Source of the DNA: Nemertoderma westbladi
Taxonomy: Eukaryota > Animalia > Xenacoelomorpha
Length of the DNA: 64,000 nt
Direction: 5' to 3'
Assembly (NCBI GenBank): GCA_032718475.1
Contig: JAUCBJ010000915.1
Coordinates: 9,860 to 73,859 of the forward strand
This document shows, in pieces, positions 50,113 to 60,400 of this stretch. Position 1 is the stretch's first letter, and each line of letters starts with the position of its first letter. Position numbers and translations under genes: made by a program. The notes below the pieces were generated by a model. It was given only the letters and a program-made list of their open reading frames with translations, searched no databases and was not told where the DNA came from.

Positions 50113-51627
50113 CCCTATTAAACCCGGGGGGGGGGGGGTCAATATGACCCCCCCCCCGTGGTTTTTTTATTATAATTCTGAAACAAACGCAGTTGGGAAT
50201 CTGAAATTTTATGACTTTTCCTAAAAATCTATTGTCTTCCTAGTAGTGAAAACCGTTTTCAAAAATATTGGGTACTTTTCGAGTTATAGCACCATTTTTT
50301 AACCCTACTTTTGGCACTTTTTTTGAGACGTTTTTTGAAAATTACATTTCATTAAATATGAATTGTAACATCTCTATTTTTGATTTACACCGGTTTTTTG
50401 GTGTTAGAAATTGGATGGAATTCATATAAATTGATTTAGAAATTTCAAACTTGTTTTTTTCGGTGGGTGCCAAATTTTGGTACCAGCACCAAATTTTGAA
50501 ATAAGTCAATTTGGTAAATTGATTGTTTGAAAGTTGTTTTTTACGCAATTTGGGTTTTTTGGGATTCTGGATTCGATGAAATATATACGAGTTGCACCAA
50601 GCGTATCAAACTTGTATTTTTCGGTGCTGTGTGCAAATTTTGGTGCTAGCACGAAATTTTGAAAATCCATTCAATAGATAAAATTGCTTGTGACAATTTA
50701 TTTCTTGCGTTTTAGAGGTTTATGGCCGTTCTGAATTCAATGGAAAATATAATTATCTAACTAGACATCTCAAACTTGTATTTTTCGGAAGTGGGTGCAA
50801 AATGTGGTGCTACTGTAGCACCAAATTTTGAAAACCATCAAATATATCAATTGATTGTGCCATCTTGTTTCTTGAGTTATACGGATTTGTCAGGGTTCTG
50901 AATTCAATGGAAACAGTAAAAATTTCATAAGAGTTTTCAAACTTGTATTTTTCGCCGGTGGGTGAAAATTGTTGTGCCAGCACCAAATTTTGGAAAATTA
51001 GTAAATTGATAAGTAGATAGTATCATCTTGTTTCTTGCGTTATACGGGTTTATGAGGGTCCTGAATCCGATGGAATCAATAAAAACAGCACTGGACATCG
51101 CAAACTTGTACTTTTTGGTGATTGGTACGAAATTTGGTGCTAGCACCAAAATTTGTCAAATTACGCCGAAAAATACAAGTAGCAATGATCTGGCATATTT
51201 GAAATGTATTCCATTAGAATCAGCGCCCTAGAAAACCTGAAACTGTGAATTTATAGCATGATATAAGTGAATTAAAAATTTTGTGTTCTAACTGAAAAGT
51301 GCTGGTTACTTGTTTTTTCATTTTTTTCCTACGCAGAGAGGACTAAACAGCCATTTATGGTAATGATATCATTTTTTAATATTTTCCAATGTATTTTGCG
51401 CCCCAGAAAACCTATATTGAAAAACAATTAAAAAGCCGAAAAATGTAAATTTGAAATTTTGTGAAAATTGTGCACTACTTGTAATTTTGGTGCTGCAATA
51501 TTACCACCCCAGTAAATTCAGACGTTTTCGTTAATATTTGTAGATTTTAGAGGGAGGGGTCAATATGACCCCCCCCCCCCCCCCCCCCGGTATTTGTACA
51601 GCATTTTATAGCCCGGTACTAATAGGG
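50113..51627. mobile_element. piggyBac-like non-autonomous element with internal ~175-bp diverged repeats
   Basis: TTAA|CCCTATTA ... TAATAGGG|TTTT; palindrome GGGGTCAATATGACCCC near both ends; right TSD imperfect. Confidence 0.6.
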
Positions 51628-52129
51628 TTTTAAAAGACAAAATGTAAAACATTCACATGAAATTAATTTTTTCTTGCCCTTATGTATTATATAAGGCTAT
51701 ATAATGTATTATTATTTATTATTGCTAGCTAGCTATATTTATTTTCTTTTGAATTTGACCTTGACTTTGACTCGGTAGTGTAAACGCGGTCTTAAAGTTT
51801 TTGAAATTTTTCAATTAAATTATCATGATATCTAGTAAAATTTATGGTAGCTAATAAATAATAAAAGCAATGATTAAAGTCATTTCAACAAGAAATTTTT
51901 TTTTAATTTTAAATTTTTATTGTTTCACTAGCTAATAAAAAGTATTAGCTAACACAAAATCAAAATTTCTAGCTACAATCGTACTGTCAAAATGTAAAAT
52001 GTTCTAGAATAAAAACCTCATGATAAAAGCTATTTTTCAAAAGAAAAAATTTGACTTCTGGATTTCTCTCACAAAAAAACCGCTTTATGTAATACTGTTT
52101 AATTTAATTTGAATCTATTTATAAAAACC

Positions 52130-52550
52130 TTTAAAAAGGATTGTCCCATGCAATACAATATTCCATTGGAGCCACTAAAATTCAAAATGACCTCTATTGG
52201 ACACTGTTCATAAAGGGCCACCAAAAAATGAAATGGCTCTTACAAGACATTGTCCATTAGAGCCACTTAAATATGAAATATATTTCATATATATTAGGCA
52301 ATTTTCCCTTAAAGCCATTCAAATCTGAAATGGCCCATATTGGATAGTGTCGCTTGGAGCCACTCAACTATAATGTGGCCCGATATTAGCCAATTTTTAT
52401 CAAACGCCTTTGAAAAGGCAATGGCCCATGCAAGACCATGTTCCATTTGAGCCAAAAGTTCGAAATGGCCTTAATTAGTCACTGTTCATAAAGGGCCACT
52501 AAAAAATATAATGGTTCTTACAAGACAATGTCCCCTTGGAGCCACCCAAA
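52130..52550 (-). repeat. Diverged inverted copies of the 90-bp GGGCCA repeat
   Basis: gacactgttcataaagggcca..aatggctcttacaagacattgtccattagagccacttaaat aligns with the reverse complement of the 34640-35195 unit. Confidence 0.7.
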
Positions 52551-52608
52551 TGACAAATATTATTTAGATTATCTAAAAATAAAAAAAATAAAATGTTTAT
52601 TACAATAT

Positions 52609-53310
52609 ATTTTGTTACATTATGTCAACATAACAGCGTTCTGGTGAATTACTCATAACGCTGCAAAGTACTACTTTGCAGCGTTGCGGCCTATAGGACG
52701 GAACGTTGCAAACTAATCAATGACATGGAAACAACTTCAATTACCGTATTCCAGAATGTATTATTTCCATTTATGTTAATGATTGCAGCTTTATTATCCA
52801 ATTTGCAGTGACGGGACAAGCTACTGGATGTAAATAATTGTTTAACATGTACTGTAATCCATTATGGCGAAACGTCCAATAGAAGACACTAAATTAACCA
52901 AAGAAAGTGACGACAGTGTTCAGTAAAACTGTACGGACACAGACGGTGAATAAGTTTGCTTCAGTCGACTATAGTCAAGATGGGTTAATGATTTATCACA
53001 TCCAAGCAGGAGATAACTTCCAATAAACTTTAATTAGATTTAAATGTATAATTAATACTGTGTACCAGTGTACCTGTTAATTAAAATGTATAAATGAGCA
53101 ACCATAAAATCCTTTCTTCACAAACCGAACGCTGATAAGTTGACATAATGTAACAAAATTACATACATCATTGCTTGCAAAGGTCACTTTTCAGCGTTAA
53201 AGACCCTTGTTTATTGATGTAAACCTCCCTCGCTGCGCTCGCTCAGTACATAAATAAACTCGGGTCATAACGCTGCAAAGCGCTACTTTGCACACAATGA
53301 TGTAAATAGT
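52609..53310. repeat. Small non-autonomous element with palindromes and inverted repeats (Crypton-like appearance)
   Basis: ttttgttacattatgtcaac inverted at ~53139; aacgctgcaaagtactactttgcagcgtt palindrome, partly repeated at ~53270. Confidence 0.45.
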
Positions 53311-54497
53311 TATTAGATTTAATTAATACGGGATAAAATTCACATTATATTTAATAGGCCTATAGATAATTGTTACATTAGGGTAAGAGGCAAAACGTCT
53401 ACATTTATGTCTCCAATATATGAATTACTGGTGGGGGATGGAATTCGTAGGGGTCGTAAGATGTATTTAGGCTAGTCTATAAACTAATCCCCCACCAATG
53501 ACAAAATGTTAATAATGAAGTGTATAGTACTCGAAATAGTGATAAGTTATCCTTCCTAGAGGTACCGAACAGTCATACATTATTTCTTAAAAAAGCACAA
53601 ATTTTAATCGCTTCTCAGTGAGAATTTATTAAAACCCTGTTGTTATTTACATTATTGTTATTTACAATTTAACAAACATATTTTGTTTGCACAAGTTTCG
53701 ATCTTCAAACGGCTGAGACATCCAAATAGTGGCGCAAATTGACCATTAGTGAAAAGGTATTGTTTATTGTTTTGGGTAGAAAACACCGCCACTAATGTTT
53801 GAAATTTAAATAAATTAATTTTTTAAATCATCTAAAAACACATATTTTGTGTTTTCGGTCACTTTGCGCCATTAACTCGAGAAATCACATCCGCTTTTTT
53901 GACTGTCGGTCATAAGTGATAATAATTATCTATTATATAAAGACTTAAAATCGTCTAAAAACTACATATTGTACAACTCATAATCAGAAATTACACAAAA
54001 GTGAATTGTATGCGTTATTGTAGATATATATATTTTTTAAAATATCTGCAAAGGCATTTTTGGCTGTAGAATTAAATTGATAATAAATACTATTGTTTAC
54101 CGCTAGGGGTGCAAGTTAAATTCATAAGAACTAAAGGCAATTTCCTTGTAATTGTTTATTTTGGGCCATTATGCCTAGCTTGGGCCATTTTGTTCTAGGT
54201 GGGCCATATTTGCCCTAAGAGGACGTGTACCTTTTGGGCCATCGTAGTAGGATTAGGGCCATTGCTCCAAGCCCAAGGCCATTTAAGGGCCATTGGACCT
54301 TTAAAAGGTGGCCCTAATAGTGGGAAAGCTTATATATATATATATATATTATTTATTATAAATACATAATTTTTTATAATTTATGATTATAATAAATTAA
54401 TAATTAATTATTAGGGTATTATAGTCCATTCCAGACAACGTCTAGTAAGTGTTTTATACACATATACTCTATAAAGTTTAATTCTAAAAATTAAAAA

Positions 54498-57400
54498 ATG
54501 TCCCTAGATTATGATAAAAAATCTAGTCGTCCTGATAGTTCTAGTAGTGTGCTAGACATTACTGTAATTGATGTGGTTGAACCTGAATTGGTAATGCCGT
54601 TCCTATATCAACCTCCAGGTGCCGCAGGAGGGGAAGGAATAAGTGATGTACCGGTAGGTATAGAGGACACCAAGATTAAATTAATGTCATTGGGGGTGAC
54701 AATAGAATCTTTAGAGGATTTAAATTGGCGTCGAAGTGTCAGTGGTCGTTTTAGTCGTTTTACACGAGAATTTAATTATATTTTGTCCTTGCTTAAACCT
54801 GGATGGCAACTTTCTTTGCCAGTGGAGAAACATAATGAATTATGGGTGAAATGTGTTAACCTTATTAAGGATCGCGAATTATTAAGTAAATTAATTTTAC
54901 AATTTGCTGAATTATCTCAAAATCCCCTCCTAAAGCAAGACATTGAAAGTCGCAATGCTACATTTTTACAATTAGCTTGTAAAGTACATTCAGAGTTACG
55001 AACAATAGTAAAGAGGCCGTTAAATATTGAACCAGGAGAGAGTGTTTATGTTGTCCCACAGGATAGTATTTCTCAGGTTTCTCATTCTCGATCTTCTAAG
55101 AGTTCACAACCAAGTCAACGGAGTTCAGTAATTAGGGAAAAGTTAGATGCAGCAGAAGAAGAAGCTGATAAGAAACGAATTGAACTGGCAAAGGAATTAA
55201 CTGAATTAAACATTAAGGCAACAAAGTTAAAGGCTGACTCAGAGCTTGCTCAAGTACAATATCAGGCTCAAGTTCAACTAAATGAGGTCAAGAATGATGT
55301 CAACAACAGAGAAGTTGCTAGACTGCAACGCCAGTTGGACTCACCTTGTTCAAGTGCTGCCAGCCGAAACAGTACTAGAGGTAAAACAAATGCAAATCAA
55401 AACTTGTGCCCAGACCCTTTATTATCATCAACACAAATTCCCAGACCTAATGTTACAAGCATAGGGATACCAGAACCAGTTTCATTTAGTTTAGCTGCGC
55501 AAAGCCCAGTGTTACCAGTACCTGTGTCCACTAAATCAATGGTAACTGATTGGGTTGCTGCAACTATTCCAGCTGCTTCTAGTAGTATACCAGCTCTCAA
55601 TATGCCTAGGATTGTTACATACACTCAAGGGGCCCCAGATGTTCCTGTTTCTCAATTAGACGGTATAAGTTTGAATCCACATTCTACTAACATTGAAGTA
55701 TGTGCACCCATCACACCTGTTGCCATGGGTGCTAGGAAGAAAACCAGGTCGAATTATCGTGTCCAGGAACCATATATTACAGATCGTGCTAGACACATAA
55801 TAGTTACTGGAGAAACTAGGGAAATTAATACACCTGTAAGTGGGGTTAGCAATATTCCTCTGAATACTGGAAGATCTACTTATACGGTAAGTGCACACAA
55901 TGGGATGCCTTCCAGACCGGGAGTTAATCATAGACAGTCTAATCTACCACAATTATCTACCTTTGAAATGCAGCAGCATCCTATTATTCATGGATATCAC
56001 CCTCATGGGCAGCAACCCGTCCATATGGAAGCTACACGATCTCAGATATCCCATATAACACGTACACAATCGTATGGTGCATCTAATGTAGACAACTTCT
56101 CTCCTAGTTTATTCGTACCACAATATGCAGCTCAGAGTCAGGATGCCCGTAGAGATCCTAGACACACTTATGAATCTGATCGTTATTATAGAAGACCTCC
56201 AGACCATAATCTTCATTCCCCACAGGATAATTATCTTGCATCAGGTCCTCCTATGGAATTTGAATATGGATTCGGTAATGAATTTTCTGGTAATACTGTA
56301 GGTGGTCGGGATCACAGAAGAAATCAGATTCCTCCTAACTCTATCATTCATTCTGAAAATCCTACTGTTTATTCAGATCATCGTAGTCCACTGCCTCAAG
56401 GCGATGAGTATAGCTATGGATGGAGGCCTAACAATGTACCTCAGCCCCAGAGGGAATTTTTCGGAGAAGGTGCAGGCCATCAGTCTTATTCTAGAACCAG
56501 GCAGCCCAATTCAAACCTCTCAGCACATAATACTAGTTTGGAACAAACTAGCCTTAAACTGCTTTCGCATTCTGAAATAAATAAATATTTACCCCAACCG
56601 AAGTTTGTGACTTTCAAAGGAGAACCTGAAACCTGGCCAGTTTTTTACCAATATTTTATTTCTACAGTCTTGAGTAAGAACTTGTCACCTATTGAGAATC
56701 TAAATTATCTTTTATCTGCAACTGAAGGACCACCTCATACAATGGTGCAACAGCATATTGGAGTTGTAGGAGGATTTCAAGTAGCTTGGAAGACACTACA
56801 AACACGATATGGAAATCCACGATGGATAGCTCAAATTTTATACAAGCAAGCCATTGAGTATCCTTCATTTAAGCATCCTCAAAAGGTTGTCCAGTATTTT
56901 GATCACTTACAAAGAATAGTAAAACAAATGAAGGATATTGGTCAACTAAATCAGTTGGATAATGCAGCAGCTCTTAATATCCTTTCAGATAAGTTGGACC
57001 CATCTGCAAAGGGTCGATGGATAAAAATGATTAGGAGTATAGTAAATCCAAAATCAGAGCGAAACATTCCTCGTTGTGAGAATCTTGCTGATTTTATGGA
57101 ATTTATAGAGTCTGAGGTTGATCTTGCCCAGTGTCGGGGAGCTCCATATTCTAGCTCGATGCAGAAAAATACAAAAGAAGCTAAAGTTGAATTACTTCCT
57201 TCTCGAAAATGGAGAATTCGACCTAGTAGTAAAGATTATGATCCTTCAGTTAATGCATTTTCAACCATCCCCGAAGGTTGCTCTGACTCAGAAGGTGATC
57301 TTGCAAATTCTGACTCAGAAGAGACAGCATGTGTAGCTTCTAGAAAACCTGTCAAGAAGTTATATCCTTCTCCAAAATTGAAACCTACAATTTCACATCA

Positions 57401-60400
57401 TGAAGATATTTGTGCAAGATGTAAAGGAAATCATCGATTACATAAGTGTGATAAGTTCCTTAATGATGATCTTCCTATGAGAAAATCAATAGTAAATAGA
57501 GTTTCTATTTGTTCAAACTGTCTTCGTGCAGACCATGTAAAGGATGTATGTCCCAGTCACTCCAATTGTCATATTTGTAAAGAACGTCATCATACATTAT
57601 TATGTCCTAATCCTAAGGCAGCCACTAAGATTTCACAGTTCCTGGCACATGACAAGAATATTTTTGATTCAGATAATGAGGCTTCTACTGAAGAAACAGA
57701 TGAGACATATGTAATTGATGAACTTTTACATGCCTTTCAATCAAGAGCTATACTTAAGTCTAAGAAAGCTATTAGAGAATATCCTGTTCTTCCAGTTAAA
57801 GTCATTAGTAAAAGTGGATCATCCTGTGAATGCAATGCCTTAATCGATACTGGAAGTACTGCAACATTTCTGGATGGAGATCTTTTCTCAACCATATTCT
57901 CTGACTTTGATGTGGAAACTATTGACCTTAAGGGTATCAGTGGGGTTACGCACCGTGAAATTCAGAAAAGTAAAGGTGAAATTTCCTCAGTGGATATTAA
58001 CTTTCCAGCAACATTAAAGAATGTTCGTATTCTTAGCTTACCGATGTTTGCCAAGTCATGCAGTAAAGTCTATGATTGGTCTCAGGATCCTTTCATTATC
58101 AAGTATGGTTTTACAGTTCAAGTTCTCAAGGAATCAAGCATTTCAATGATTATTGGGGGTAATTGTACTGAAGTTCGAGCCTGTCTAGAGCAGGTTCCCC
58201 GGAATCCACTACCGTATCAGCCTATAGCTACTAAATGTGTCTTAGGATGGTATTTTACAGGCCCATCAAGGAAGACTTGTGCTGAGAGGGAATGGCCGCC
58301 TCCTGAAGAAGGTAAGGCAAAGTATATCGAAGCTAGTCCAGAACTGGTCAACTTTGCTGAAACTTGTGATATTCAGTTAGATGAAGCTGTAAAGACATTG
58401 ATTCTTTTTCAGAATGCAGATCTAATGGATGATGAAGAGGAGTCCTTTCTCGCTGAAGACCTGTGGGAGATGTTTCAGGATCCTGGTTCTAGGCCTAGTG
58501 AAATAATGAAAGGTTTAGTGGCAGTTACAGAATCAGATGACCAGGATTCCCCAGATGAGATGATCTTCAAGACTGAGTCTAAAGTAAATACTAAACTAGA
58601 ACTTCAATGTGACGATGAAAAGTATCTCTTGCAAGAATTACACTTACGAGTAGCCCAATGGATAGATGGTCAAAAGATGTTAGCATTAGAATATGAGAAG
58701 GCAAGTTCAGTTGAAGAGGTTAGAGCTAAGGAAATTCAACGAACCACTCGTAAACTTCTTCCAGATGGGCATTACGAAATGGGATTATTATGGAGGAAAC
58801 CAGAACCAACTATGATAAATAATAAACCATTAGCAGAGAAACGTCTTAATTCACTGCGTAAGCGTCTTTTTGATAGACCCCGGGTATATAAGAAGTATAA
58901 ACAAGAAATGGACAAACTGATAGCGAATGGTTGGGCACAGAGAGTTCCAGATGATCTCCTTGCACCTTCTTCTAGAACATACTATTTACCACACTTCTTT
59001 GTAGTCCACCCTAGTAAACCTGATAAAGTAAGAGTAGTCACAGATGGTGCTGCAGTATACCATGGTGTGTCACTAAACAGTCAGCTCATGGCAGGCCCAA
59101 ATTATCTCAGAAATATTATCGGAATTATCTTACGTTTTCGGCGCTTCAAATTTGTGTATATAGCTGATATTGAAGCTATGTTTATGCAGGTTCGGGTAAC
59201 TCCCCCTGATCGTGATTCACTTCGTTATCTCTGGTGGGATAATGATAAGATGGAAGGAAACCCTGTTGAGTTTCATTTCCTTGTTCAAGCCTTTGGTATA
59301 GTGTCTTCACCATCAAATGCAGGCTGTTGTGTTGTTGCTACTGTAGAAGATAATGAAGGACGAGTTGATGAACATGGTATTCCTTTAGTGCTTCCAGAAG
59401 TTATTCCTGTGCTCACAAATGACATATACATGGATGATGTCATGAATTCACAGGAGACAGAAGACCAAGCAATAAAAGTTGCACATGGAGTAAGGAACAC
59501 ATTATCACTAGGAGGCTTCAACTTAGTTAAGTTTGCTAGTAACAGTGTTAGGCTTTTAGAATCTTTCTTGCCCGAGCAACGCCAGCATGCTAATTATGAA
59601 TTAGGGGTTGATCCTATGCCATCAACAAAGGCATTGGGTATCCATTGGGATCCTGTACAGGATGGTCTATTTTATAAGGTGAAATCATTTGAGATGGTTG
59701 CACGAACTAAACGCTCTTGCTTATCGATTTTAGCAACTACCTATGACCCAGTAGGTTTTGTTTCACCTGTCATTATGAAAGGCAAGTGTCTTCTTAAAGA
59801 TATTTGGAAGGAAGGTATTGAATGGGACCAAGCTTTATCTGAAACCCTCTTAAAATCATGGGCAAGTTGGGAGGCTTCTCTCATTGCCCTTAACAACTTT
59901 AAGTTATCTCGTAGTTACTTCCCTGATCTATCAGTAGATACCCCTGTTGATATCCATATCTTCAGCGATGCTAGTGATGTTGGTATGGCTACTGTAGCCT
60001 ATCTAGCTGTCCAGATGGGTAAAATTTTCTCAACTAGTTTGCTTGGAAGTAAGACTCATATAATGCCTGCAAAGTCATTGACTATTCCTCGAGCTGAACT
60101 TCAGGCCGCAGTTTTTTCCATTGAAATTGGTCAAACATTGAAGCAAGAATTGAATTTAGAAAATATGACTTTTTATTATTGGACAGATGCGGCTCTGGTT
60201 TTGCAGTATTTACATAACCAGCAAGCAGAGTTTGTTGTTTATGTCACAAATCGTGTTAACACTATTAGTCAATACTCGACTGTTGATCAGTGGTTTCATG
60301 TGCCCGGAAAGATTAATCCAGCAGATATTGCATCCCGAGGATGTGAAGGTGAAAAGCTTCTGGAGAATGTTCTTTGGATGCATGGCCCTTTATATTTGCA

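Larger units (their letters stand above)
32892..54330. mobile_element. ~21.4-kb non-autonomous insertion in the (TA)n tract of the copy 3 5' UTR
   Basis: (TA)n at both sides (32868-32891, 54331-54349); weak terminal inverted similarity; GGGCCA-rich 90-bp repeats at 34.2-35.2 kb mirrored in inverted, diverged form at 52.1-52.55 kb. Confidence 0.6.
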
